Positions 8,174-16,400 of a stretch of 32,024 nucleotides of DNA are shown here, piece by piece. Below the pieces are notes generated by a model. The model was not told the origin of the DNA. It did not search any database and saw nothing but the letters and a program-made list of their open reading frames with translations. The position numbers and the translations under genes are program-made. The DNA is from a virus (Duplodnaviria > Caudoviricetes), in IMG/VR virus record IMGVR_UViG_3300048577_000472, positions 1 to 32,024 of that record; one strand, 5' to 3'. Every line of letters starts with the position of its first letter. Position 1 is the stretch's first letter.

Positions 8174-8503
8174 ATGTCATTTTTTGGGTACGCGATACTT
8201 TTAGGAGCCGCCATAGGTGTCTTTATTGGAGTTTGGCGGTACATCCCATGGTTTGGTCCAATTTGCTCTATTATTCTGATTTCGTTTTTAGGTTATGGGA
8301 TACTTGTTGAAGTTATCGTCAGAACAGCTAACCCAGCCATGTGGTTTCAGATTGTTCCTGCCGCGATCTTTTTTGGTATTGGCGGCCTTGCTTGTCTTTG
8401 GATTAAGCGTGTCCCACAGTATAAGCTCTATGGAGCCATTCTCTTTTTCGGCGCATGCGGAATATGTGGCTTGCTCTTATTAAAAGGCGCGGCAGCCAGT
8501 TAA
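8174..8503 (+). CDS. Low-GC integral membrane protein (about 4 TM helices), moron-like
   Basis: 109 aa, almost entirely hydrophobic; AT-rich relative to its flanks. Confidence 0.75.
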   Translation: MSFFGYAILLGAAIGVFIGVWRYIPWFGPICSIILISFLGYGILVEVIVRTANPAMWFQIVPAAIFFGIGGLACLWIKRVPQYKLYGAILFFGACGICGLLLLKGAAAS

Positions 8504-8511
8504 GCTAGTCC

Positions 8512-8557
8512 CCTGAACCCCTTCACCTATCACCGCCCCCGGTGCGCCGCCTAGTAT
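8512..8557 (+). promoter_or_regulatory. Late promoter 1 (lysis/packaging): activator box CCTGAACCCCTTCACCTATC plus -10 TAGTAT
   Basis: 20-bp box identical to those at 16348 and 27515; TAnnnT exactly 20 nt downstream; no -35. Confidence 0.8.
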
Positions 8558-8583
8558 AGGCGGCGTCCGGGGGCGGTCCTTTT
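8532..8583 (+). terminator. Long GC hairpin with short T-tract overlapping late promoter 1
   Basis: ACCGCCCCCGG8532-8542/CCGGGGGCGGT8567-8577 and CGCCGCCTA8545-8553/TAGGCGGCG8557-8565, followed by CCTTTT. Confidence 0.55.
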
Positions 8584-8615
8584 CCGCCTCCAAACCTCAT
8601 TTACTGGAGGCGAAA

Positions 8616-8963
8616 ATGCTCAACATCCGTTCCCCTCGCATGGTCGTTTGCGGCTTCGTCGCACTGACCCTGCTGGCCCTGGTCGTCTTCCTCTCGCCGC
8701 AGCAAGGGCCGGTGGCCCTGTACAAGCTGTCGTTGGTGCTGGCCGCCGGCTATGCCGGTTACTGGCTCGACCGCTGGGCGTTTCCCTACGCCCGGCCGGA
8801 CAGCTATCTGCAAATCCCAAACTGGCGAAAGGTCATCGCTGGCCAAGAGTCCCTGGCCGACAATCCCGTAGCCGAAGGCCATGCCATCCCCTTTGCGGCC
8901 GCCATGCTGCGCCGGGCCGTGATCATGGGCGCGTGCATGCTGGCCGTGGGCCTGGGGCTGTAG
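8616..8963 (+). CDS. Putative holin (2/3-TM family)
   Basis: SPQQGPVALYKLSLVLAAGYAGYWLDRWAFPYARP and AAAMLRRAVIM...VGLGL motifs; first lysis gene. Confidence 0.85.
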   Translation: MLNIRSPRMVVCGFVALTLLALVVFLSPQQGPVALYKLSLVLAAGYAGYWLDRWAFPYARPDSYLQIPNWRKVIAGQESLADNPVAEGHAIPFAAAMLRRAVIMGACMLAVGLGL

Positions 8964-8965
8964 CC

Positions 8966-9628
8966 ATGCGCCGCCTGGGCAGTTTTCTGTTGGATCGCCT
9001 CGTTGAGCTACTGGTTGCCATCGGGCTTTCCTTATTGCTCATGCCAGCCGGCGCACGCGGTGCTCGGGCCGAAACCATCCCGCCCGAAGCCGCCAAGCAC
9101 CGGGCCGAACTGACCCGGTGCGGCCGTTACGCCTTTGGCCTGGACGCGCCCATCGCCACGCTCGCCGGGCAGGTCCACCAGGAAAGCCGTTGGCGGGCGG
9201 GTGCCGTCTCTCCGGTCGGCGCGCGCGGGCTGGCGCAATTCATGCCCGCCACGTCCGCGTGGATCGCTGACCTTGTGCCCGAACTGGCCGACAACGCGCC
9301 GTTTAATCCCGGCTGGGCCATACGCGCCCTGGCTACCTACGACAAATGGCTATGGGACCGGGTTCACGCCCGCGACGATTGCCAACGCATGGCCATGGCC
9401 CTTGCCGCCTACAACGGCGGCTTGGGCTGGGTGCAACGCGACAAGACCCTGGCCAAGGCGCGCGGCGCGGACCCGTTAACTTGGTTCGAGCAGGTTGAGC
9501 GTTTTAACGCCGGCCGTAGTACCGCCGCCTTCCGGGAAAACCGGGGCTATCCCCGGCGCATCCTGGGAACCCTCGAACCACTCTACATCCGGGCCGGATG
9601 GGGCCAGGGGGTGTGCCATGCCAAGTAA
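8966..9628 (+). CDS. Endolysin, SLT lytic transglycosylase with N-terminal signal/anchor
   Basis: QVHQESRW catalytic Glu, GLAQFMPAT, ALAAYNGGLG. Confidence 0.92.
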   Translation: MRRLGSFLLDRLVELLVAIGLSLLLMPAGARGARAETIPPEAAKHRAELTRCGRYAFGLDAPIATLAGQVHQESRWRAGAVSPVGARGLAQFMPATSAWIADLVPELADNAPFNPGWAIRALATYDKWLWDRVHARDDCQRMAMALAAYNGGLGWVQRDKTLAKARGADPLTWFEQVERFNAGRSTAAFRENRGYPRRILGTLEPLYIRAGWGQGVCHAK

Positions 9629-10211
9629 ATGGCTGCTTTTGGGCGGCGCGTTGGTGCTGGCCTGTGCGCTGGCGTTCGCCGGTGGTTACCGGGCCGGATA
9701 CGGCCGGGCCGACGACGCCCGCCGGGCCGAGGTGGCCGAACTGAACACCAAGCTGGAAACCTGGAAGGAGGAACAGGCCAAGGCCTGGGCCGAGGCCGAG
9801 CGCCTGGCCCGCCAGGAAACCGAAGCCGCAACCCGCCGCGCCAACGCCCTGGCCGCCAAGCTGGACGGAACCAAGCGCGAGACGGCGGCCAAAATTCGCG
9901 ACATCACACGGAGGATACCCCATGCCACGGCTGGCAATGATTGTGATTTTAGCGATGAGTTTGTGCGCTTGTACAACGAGGCCATCGGTTGCGCCGCCGG
10001 TGGTTCCGGTGGTGGTGCCGTGCCCCAAGCCGACGATCCCGCCGGCACTGCTGGAACGCCCGGAAGCGCCCCGGCCGCTGGTGCCGGAGTACGACCAGTC
10101 CGCGCCGTGAAGCCGGCCGACATTCTGGCCCATATCCGCGACTTCGGGGCGCGTAGCCAGGCCGTGACCGCCCAGGTCAACGCCTTAATCGATCTGGTCG
10201 GGGAGCGTTGA
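9618..10211 (+). CDS. Inner-membrane spanin (Rz-like)
   Basis: N-terminal TM helix then long coiled coil; follows the endolysin. Confidence 0.8.
   Translation: MPSKWLLLGGALVLACALAFAGGYRAGYGRADDARRAEVAELNTKLETWKEEQAKAWAEAERLARQETEAATRRANALAAKLDGTKRETAAKIRDITRRIPHATAGNDCDFSDEFVRLYNEAIGCAAGGSGGGAVPQADDPAGTAGTPGSAPAAGAGVRPVRAVKPADILAHIRDFGARSQAVTAQVNALIDLVGER
9922..10110 (+). CDS. Outer-membrane spanin lipoprotein (Rz1-like), embedded in the +1 frame of the i-spanin
   Basis: SD GGAGG; signal peptide MPRLAMIVILAMSLCA-C with lipobox; Pro-rich mature part. Confidence 0.8.
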   Translation: MPRLAMIVILAMSLCACTTRPSVAPPVVPVVVPCPKPTIPPALLERPEAPRPLVPEYDQSAP

Positions 10212-10471
10212 TGGACGCCGCCACTTGGCTGCCCACGGCCATCAACGTCTTGATGGGTCTGATTGCCTTTTTCGGCGGCCTGTGGGTCCGCCATCTCCAG
10301 GATGCGCTCAAGCGCACCGAGGAAGAGGTGGCGGAGCTACGGGAAAAAGTGGCGGACGGCTGCGTGCGCCGCGACGATTACATACTCATGCGTTCGGAAA
10401 TGCTGGCCAGGCTGGCCGCCATAGAAGGCAAATTGGACCGGCTCATCGAACGCCCAGGAGCCAAATCATGA
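10211..10471 (+). CDS. Small membrane/coiled-coil phage protein
   Basis: N-terminal TM plus coiled coil ending IEGKLDRLIE; position matches the small genes between lysis and packaging in Mu-like phages. Confidence 0.7.
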   Translation: MDAATWLPTAINVLMGLIAFFGGLWVRHLQDALKRTEEEVAELREKVADGCVRRDDYILMRSEMLARLAAIEGKLDRLIERPGAKS

Positions 10472-10662
10472 TGGAACGGGAAAAAGAGGAATCCACGGAA
10501 GTGGCGCTCCTGCGACGTATCGACGGCAAGGTGGACAAGGTGACCGAGCAACTCGACGGCGTTGGCCGGCGGGCGGTCATGGCCGGTGGTCTGTCCGGTT
10601 CCATTGCCGGCAGCGTGGTGGCCCTCGGCATCAACTACATCAAGATCAAAATGGGTTGGTAG
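10468..10662 (+). CDS. Small phage protein with C-terminal TM segment
   Basis: SD AGGAG; ATGA overlap with the previous gene. Confidence 0.7.
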   Translation: MMEREKEESTEVALLRRIDGKVDKVTEQLDGVGRRAVMAGGLSGSIAGSVVALGINYIKIKMGW

Positions 10663-10665
10663 GCG

Positions 10666-11163
10666 ATGGCCCACGGCAAGGAAAAGGTGGCGACGGTCCG
10701 GTCCGCCTACGTGCACGAACGCATGCCTATCGAAGCGGCGGCCGCCAAGGCCGGCGTGCCTGCGGCCACGGCCACCCGCTGGAAGCGCAAGGCCAAGGAA
10801 GCCGGCGACGATTGGGACAAGCTGCGGGCCGCTTGCCTGCTCGCCGGTGACGGCCTGGAGGCCGTAGCCCGGCAGATGCTGGCCGACTACGTGGTGCAAC
10901 ACAAGGGGCTAATGGAGCAGATCGCGGCCGACGGCCTGCCGGCAGCCGCCAAGGTGTCCATGTTGGCCAGCCTGGCCGACAGCTTCAATAAGACCGTGGC
11001 GGCCAGCAAGCGCGTGCTGCCAGAAACTTCCGAGCTGGCCACGGCCTTGTCCGTGCTGGACAAGCTGGGGCACTTCATCCGCGACCATTACCCCCAGCAC
11101 GGCCCGGCCTTTGTCGAAGTGTTGGAACCTTTCGGCTCGGTCATCGCCAAGACCTACGGCTAG
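10666..11163 (+). CDS. DUF1804-family protein, probable terminase small subunit
   Basis: MAHGKE...YV, TATRWKRKAKEAGDDWDKLRAA HTH; precedes the large terminase. Confidence 0.85.
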   Translation: MAHGKEKVATVRSAYVHERMPIEAAAAKAGVPAATATRWKRKAKEAGDDWDKLRAACLLAGDGLEAVARQMLADYVVQHKGLMEQIAADGLPAAAKVSMLASLADSFNKTVAASKRVLPETSELATALSVLDKLGHFIRDHYPQHGPAFVEVLEPFGSVIAKTYG

Positions 11164-11172
11164 GAGCCGCCC

Positions 11173-12804
11173 GTGAAGCTCAAGCAAAAGGAGTTCCTGG
11201 AAGAACTGGCCAAGTTGGCCGAAAGTCTGCGCCGCACCATCGAAGCCGAGTGCGACGGCTTCGCCTCGGACGCGGCCGCCTCGCGGCAGCGCCGGGAGCG
11301 CGTGCAAAACGATTTCGCCTTTTTCCGCCACACCTATTTCCCGCATTACTGCCGCTACGGCGACTCGGTGCTCCACGTCTGGCTGGACGAAACCTTGCCG
11401 GCGCTGGTGGCCAACCCGGACGGGCAGCGGCTGGCATGCGCCGCCCCGCGCGGCGAAGCCAAGTCTACCATCGTGGCGCTGATCTTCGTCTTGTGGTGCC
11501 TGCTGACCGGCCGCAAGCGCTACGTGATCCTGGTGGCCGATGCCTTCGAGCAGGCCGCCGCTTTGCTTGAGGCGGTCAAGAGCGAGCTTGAGGTCAACCC
11601 GCGTCTGGTCATGGATTTTGCCGAAGGCACGGGCCAGGGCCGCGTCTGGAACGTAGGCGTGGCCATCACCGCCGCCAATGCCAAGGTGCAGGCCTTCGGC
11701 TCGGGCAAGCGCATGCGCGGCCTGCGCCATGGGCCGCACCGGCCGGACCTGGTCATTTGCGATGACCTCGAAAACGATGAGAACGTCAAAAGCCCGGAGC
11801 AGCGCGACAAGCTGCAAGGCTGGCTCCAGAAAACGGTTTTATCGCTTGGCGAGGCCGGCGACACCATGGACGTGATCCTGGTCGGCACGGTGCTGCATCA
11901 CGATTCCGTGCTGTCGCGTCTGCTGGACAACAAGCTTTGGCGCGCGCGCAAATTCAAGGCCGTCATCGAATGGCCGCACCGCCCGGACCTATGGGACCGC
12001 TGGGAGGAAATCCTTTTGGCCGAGGGCGAGGACCTGGCGCGCGCGTTCTACCTGGAGCGCCAGGCGGCCATGGAGGAAGGCGCGGTGGTTTCCTGGCCGG
12101 ATGCCCGGCCGCTTTACAAGCTGATGCTCAAGCGCGCTCGCGATGGCCACGCCGCTTTTGATTCCGAGCAGCAAAACGACCCTGTCAGCGGCGACGGCGC
12201 ACCCTTTGCCGCCTGCATCACCTTTTGGGTGGAGCGGCGTAACGACTGGCTGTTCTTCGGGGCCGTGGACCCAAGCCTCGGCAAGTCCGGCTCCGGTCGT
12301 GACCCCTCGGCCATCCTGGTCGGCGGCTATTCCCGCGAGCGCGGCGTCCTGGACGTGGTAGAGGCCGCCATCCGCAAGCGCCTGCCGGACCGCATCATCG
12401 AAGACACCATTGCCATGCAGCTGCAATACCACTGCCTGCTGTGGGTGGTGGAGGCCGTGCAGTTCCAGGAATTCTTGCGCACGGAACTGATTCGGCGCGC
12501 CCAGGAACGCGGTCTGGCCATGCCGGCGCGCGGCGTTTCGCCCATCACCGACAAGACCCTGCGCATCGAAGCCATGCAGCCCTATGTGGCACAAGGCCGC
12601 ATTCGGCTGCATCCCTCGCAACGCACACTTGTCGAACAGCTCAAACACTTCCCCAAGGCCGACCACGACGACGGGCCGGACGCCCTGGAAATGCTGTGGC
12701 AAGCGGCCACCAGGGGATTTACCACCATGTCCTTCAAGCCCGTGCAGAAGTCGCGCGGGCGCAGCCTGATACGGGGGAGACGCCATGCTGACGCGGATGA
12801 TTGA
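11173..12804 (+). CDS. Terminase large subunit (Mu gp28-like)
   Basis: Walker A APRGEAKS, Walker B VICDDLE, nuclease motifs AVDPS and HDDGPDA. Confidence 0.93.
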   Translation: MKLKQKEFLEELAKLAESLRRTIEAECDGFASDAAASRQRRERVQNDFAFFRHTYFPHYCRYGDSVLHVWLDETLPALVANPDGQRLACAAPRGEAKSTIVALIFVLWCLLTGRKRYVILVADAFEQAAALLEAVKSELEVNPRLVMDFAEGTGQGRVWNVGVAITAANAKVQAFGSGKRMRGLRHGPHRPDLVICDDLENDENVKSPEQRDKLQGWLQKTVLSLGEAGDTMDVILVGTVLHHDSVLSRLLDNKLWRARKFKAVIEWPHRPDLWDRWEEILLAEGEDLARAFYLERQAAMEEGAVVSWPDARPLYKLMLKRARDGHAAFDSEQQNDPVSGDGAPFAACITFWVERRNDWLFFGAVDPSLGKSGSGRDPSAILVGGYSRERGVLDVVEAAIRKRLPDRIIEDTIAMQLQYHCLLWVVEAVQFQEFLRTELIRRAQERGLAMPARGVSPITDKTLRIEAMQPYVAQGRIRLHPSQRTLVEQLKHFPKADHDDGPDALEMLWQAATRGFTTMSFKPVQKSRGRSLIRGRRHADADD

Positions 12805-14362
12805 GGGCATCAAGGCGGGCTATGCCGCCTTCAAGGGCGGCCCGGCCAAAGGCGAGATGCAGACGCCTACCCTGGCCGCGCTGCATAACCGCTACATCGC
12901 TAGCCTGACCGGCGGGCTGACTCCTGCCAAGCTGGAGCGCATCCTGCGCGCCGCCGACGAAGGCGACATCGTAGGGCAGCACGAACTGTTCGCGGACATC
13001 GAAGATCGTGACGAGCATATCCACGCCGAACTGTCCAAACGCCGTCGGGCGCTGCTCGCCGTCCCCTGGCGCATCGTGCCGGGCCGCGCCAACGACAAGC
13101 GGGCGGACGCCGTGGCTGCCGCCGTGCGCGAGCAGCTGGCCACCATCGCCGACTTCGAGGACGTGATCCTGGACATGGCCGATGGCGTGGGCCACGGGTT
13201 TGCCTGCCTGGAAATCGAATGGGCCTTTGACGGCGGTTTACACCTACCGGCTGCGCTCCATCACCGGCCGCAAAGCTGGTTCCAACTGGCCCCGGACCTG
13301 TCCGGGTTGCGCCTTCGCGACGACGGCCTGGAAGGCGCGGAACTGTGGCCGCTGGGTTGGATCGTGCACCGGCACCGTTCCAAATCCGGCTGGTTCGCCA
13401 GGGCCGGGCTTTTCCGCGTACTGGTCTGGACCTACCTGCTCAAGCAGTATTGCCGGGGTGACTTCTCCGCGTTCCTGGAGATTCACGGCATGCCCATGCG
13501 CCTGGGCAAATACCCGTCTGGTACGAGCGAAGAGGAGCAAGCCGTGCTGCTTAGGGCCTTGCAGGCCCTAGGACATGACGCGGCAGGCATCGTGCCCGAC
13601 GGCATGATGATCGAATTCCACGAAGCGGCGCGCGGCTCGGAAAAGCCTTTCCTGGCCATGCACGAGCTGTGCGAAACCGGGCAGTCCAAAGCGATCCTGG
13701 GCAGCACACTCACCACGGACACCAAGGGGGTGGGTAGCCAGGCCCTTGGCGAAATCCACAACGAAGTGCGTATGGACATCCGCGACAGCGATGCCCGGCA
13801 GATCGCCGGCACGCTGACGCGCCAGTTGCTCGCGCCCCTGGCCATCCTCAACGAAGGCGTGATCGACGCCGGCCTGCTGCCCAGGTTCGTCTTTGACACC
13901 ACTTGCCCGGAAGACCTGGAGAAGCTGGCCACAAGTCTGCCGGCGCTGGCCAAGATCATGCGCATTCCGGCCGCCTGGGCGCATGAACGCGCCGGCATCC
14001 CCATGCCCGAGGATGACGAGCCGGTGCTCGGCGCTGGCACGGAGCAAGCCGACAAGACACCGCAGACCGATATGGCGGCGCTTGCGGCCGAGGCGGACGG
14101 TAGCCCGTCCTTCCCTGACCAGGCCGCCGTGGACGCGGCGAACGTACCCGACGCGGTGCTGACGGCCTTGGCCAAGGACTTGTTGGCCCCTTTGTTGGCC
14201 GAAGCCGAGGCCGGCGCGGCCCCGGAGGCGCTGCTCGGCAAGCTGGCCGAACTGTACCCCAAGATGGACACGACGGCGCTTGAAGAGCTGTGCGCGCGGG
14301 CGCTGTTCGTGGGCGAACTCTGGGGGCGGATTTCGGCGCAGCCTGAAGCCGGGGCCGACTGA
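12785..14362 (+). CDS. Portal protein (Mu gp29, DUF935)
   Basis: LFADIEDRDEHIHAELSKR, FLEIHGMPMRLGKY, SKAILGSTLT, ALGEIHNEVR. Confidence 0.93.
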   Translation: MLTRMIEGIKAGYAAFKGGPAKGEMQTPTLAALHNRYIASLTGGLTPAKLERILRAADEGDIVGQHELFADIEDRDEHIHAELSKRRRALLAVPWRIVPGRANDKRADAVAAAVREQLATIADFEDVILDMADGVGHGFACLEIEWAFDGGLHLPAALHHRPQSWFQLAPDLSGLRLRDDGLEGAELWPLGWIVHRHRSKSGWFARAGLFRVLVWTYLLKQYCRGDFSAFLEIHGMPMRLGKYPSGTSEEEQAVLLRALQALGHDAAGIVPDGMMIEFHEAARGSEKPFLAMHELCETGQSKAILGSTLTTDTKGVGSQALGEIHNEVRMDIRDSDARQIAGTLTRQLLAPLAILNEGVIDAGLLPRFVFDTTCPEDLEKLATSLPALAKIMRIPAAWAHERAGIPMPEDDEPVLGAGTEQADKTPQTDMAALAAEADGSPSFPDQAAVDAANVPDAVLTALAKDLLAPLLAEAEAGAAPEALLGKLAELYPKMDTTALEELCARALFVGELWGRISAQPEAGAD

Positions 14363-15615
14363 TGCCCGAGCCCATTTCCCTGTCCTTCGCCATGGGACTG
14401 GCTCCCAAGGACGCCGTGGCCTACTTCGAGTCCAAGGGCTACCGCGTCACCTTCGACTGGAAGGAGATGGACCAGGCCGCCCACGCCAAGGGCTTCACCA
14501 TCGCCAAGATGGCGGGCCTGGACATGCTGCGCGACGTCCAGACCCACCTGGTGCAATGCCTCAAGGAGGGTAAGACCGAGGCCTGGTTCCAGAAGCAGAT
14601 GGAGCCGTACCTCAAGGCGCGCGGCTGGTGGGGAAAAAGCCCCATGATAGACCCGCGAACCGGCGAGGAACGGCCCGTGCAGTTGGGCAGCCCGGCGCGG
14701 CTCAAGCTCATCTACCGCCAGAACATGCAGACCGCGTTCATGGCCGGCCGTTACAAGCAGATGCTGGATAACGCCGACGCCCGGCCCTGGTGGCAGTACG
14801 TGGCCGTGCTGGATAGACGGACCCGGCCTTCCCACAAAATTCTTTCCGGCCGTACCTTCCGCTATGATGATCCTTTTTGGGGGTCACACTATCCACCCAA
14901 TGGTTGGAACTGCCGTTGCCGTGTCCGGGCGCTATCCGATTCTCGTCTGGAACAGGAAAACGCCGTCCCGGAATCGGGCGTGGGCAACATGGTCACCGAA
15001 AAGGTGGCCGTGCCGGACAGCGTCACCGGACAGACGGTGCGGCGTATGGTGACGGGCTACCGCGTGCCGGAGACGGGCTACACCGTTTTTACGGACATAG
15101 GCTTTTCCGCCAATCCGGGAGAGGCTTGGCTTGGCGACACACTGACCGAGCTGACGCGCAAGCTTGACACTGCGCCCCCTTTGCTCGCTCGGCAGACCGT
15201 GCACGGCATGGTGGCAGGGCCGACGCTGCCGGAGTGGCTCAAACGGCCGGTGGGGCATTTTCCGTTGGCCGTGCTGCCGGCCAAGGACGCCGAGCTGATC
15301 GGCGCGCGCAGCCAGGTGACCCGGCTGTCGCCGCAAACGGCCGGAAAGCAGGCGGCGAAGCATCCCGAACTGACGGCGGCGGATTACGCCCTGGCCCAGG
15401 GAGCTGTGGACCATGGCGAGCGTATCCAGGACAGCGCACAGAGCCTGATCTACGTGTACGAGGATGATGATCGCGGGGGCCTGGTCGTGGTGGTCAAGGC
15501 CACGGAGGAGGGGGATGAACTGTTCGTGCAGAGCATACGGCGGTTGAGTCGCGATGAGGCGGACAAGGATCGTGTCGTGCGGCACCTGAAACGGAAAAGC
15601 GCCCGCCCCGAATGA
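14362..15615 (+). CDS. MuF (gp30) minor head protein with C-terminal putative BECR-fold nuclease domain
   Basis: MuF motifs WQYVAVLDRRTRPSH and PPNGWNCRCRV; about 130-aa C-terminal domain with KHPEL...VVVVKAT...ELFVQSIRR. Confidence 0.88.
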   Translation: MPEPISLSFAMGLAPKDAVAYFESKGYRVTFDWKEMDQAAHAKGFTIAKMAGLDMLRDVQTHLVQCLKEGKTEAWFQKQMEPYLKARGWWGKSPMIDPRTGEERPVQLGSPARLKLIYRQNMQTAFMAGRYKQMLDNADARPWWQYVAVLDRRTRPSHKILSGRTFRYDDPFWGSHYPPNGWNCRCRVRALSDSRLEQENAVPESGVGNMVTEKVAVPDSVTGQTVRRMVTGYRVPETGYTVFTDIGFSANPGEAWLGDTLTELTRKLDTAPPLLARQTVHGMVAGPTLPEWLKRPVGHFPLAVLPAKDAELIGARSQVTRLSPQTAGKQAAKHPELTAADYALAQGAVDHGERIQDSAQSLIYVYEDDDRGGLVVVVKATEEGDELFVQSIRRLSRDEADKDRVVRHLKRKSARPE

Positions 15616-15633
15616 GGCGAGCGCAATACCGAG

Positions 15634-15735
15634 GTGGATGGCGAGGCCCCCCACCCGCTTTCGCGGAAACCTCGCATGGCGCTCCGGGCGGCTGCCCGTG
15701 CTACGGCCGGGAGAATATTACCGTGTCACACCCAC
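15634..15735 (-). ncRNA. Candidate structured antisense small RNA (about 100 nt) between MuF and gpG
   Basis: Closing stem GTGGGTG/CATCCAC, GAAA-capped hairpin, potential pseudoknot, and an upstream minus-strand sigma70 promoter. Confidence 0.55.
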
Positions 15736-15742
15736 GGGTAGG

Positions 15743-15771
15743 AACATAGGCATGATTGAGGTTGAAGTAAA
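15743..15771 (-). promoter_or_regulatory. Minus-strand sigma70-like promoter TTTACT-N17-TATGTT
   Basis: -35 at 15771-15766, -10 at 15748-15743; predicted +1 near G15735, the first base of the RNA closing stem. Confidence 0.55.
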
Positions 15772-16231
15772 CACCGAGGCTCTGGAAGCGCAGCTTGGCC
15801 GCGCCATCGCCCTGGGCGCGAACATGACGCCCATCACCCGCGCCCTGGCCGGCGTGCTGGAGGATATCCCGGAACGGGCCTTCGCCAACCAGGCCGACCC
15901 AACCACGGGACAAGCCTGGGCACCGCTTTCGCCCGCCACGGTCAAGCGCCGGGGCAGCGCCACGCCGATCTTGCAAGTCAGCGGCGCGCTGGCCGCCTCG
16001 ATCCAAAGCGAATACGGCCCGGACTTCGCCCAGGCCGGCACGGCCACGGTCTATGCGCCCCCGCACCAGTTCGGCGCGCGCAAAGGAGCCTTCGGCACCA
16101 CCAGTCGCGGCCGTCCCATTCCCTGGGGAGATATCCCGGCTAGGCCGATTTTCGGGGTTGGGCCGGAGGATGAAGCGGAATTCGCACAAGTGGCGTTAGA
16201 AGGGTTGCAAAGGGTTCTTGAGGGACGATGA
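15752..16231 (+). CDS. Virion morphogenesis protein (Mu gpG/gp31)
   Basis: WAPLSPAT, ILQVSGALAASI, YAPPHQFG, IPARPIFG motifs. Confidence 0.88.
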   Translation: MIEVEVNTEALEAQLGRAIALGANMTPITRALAGVLEDIPERAFANQADPTTGQAWAPLSPATVKRRGSATPILQVSGALAASIQSEYGPDFAQAGTATVYAPPHQFGARKGAFGTTSRGRPIPWGDIPARPIFGVGPEDEAEFAQVALEGLQRVLEGR

Positions 16232-16347
16232 TGCAGCCATCTGGCCAAAACGGATTCTAACGCAGGGTTAACGCTTTCCTTCCCTGTCGTGTGCGTTGTC
16301 TTCCTGTTTGTTTTATGATGCAGGCGCAAGGGGAACGACTCCCCCCT

Positions 16348-16393
16348 CCTGAACCCCTTCACCTATCGCGCAACCCCCTTCCGCCACTAGCGT
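16348..16393 (+). promoter_or_regulatory. Late promoter 2 (head operon): activator box plus -10 TAGCGT
   Basis: Identical 20-bp box 16348-16367; -10 at 16388-16393; ATG 7 nt later. Confidence 0.82.
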
Positions 16394-16400
16394 GGCGGAC

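Noticed and set aside
13483-14835. 450-aa minus-strand ORF
   Set aside because: Antisense to portal/MuF; Ser/Ala-rich composition typical of shadow frames.
15638-15751. Upstream extension of gpG from ATG 15638
   Set aside because: gpG-like sequence starts at MIEVEV (15752); the extension overlaps the structured RNA candidate.
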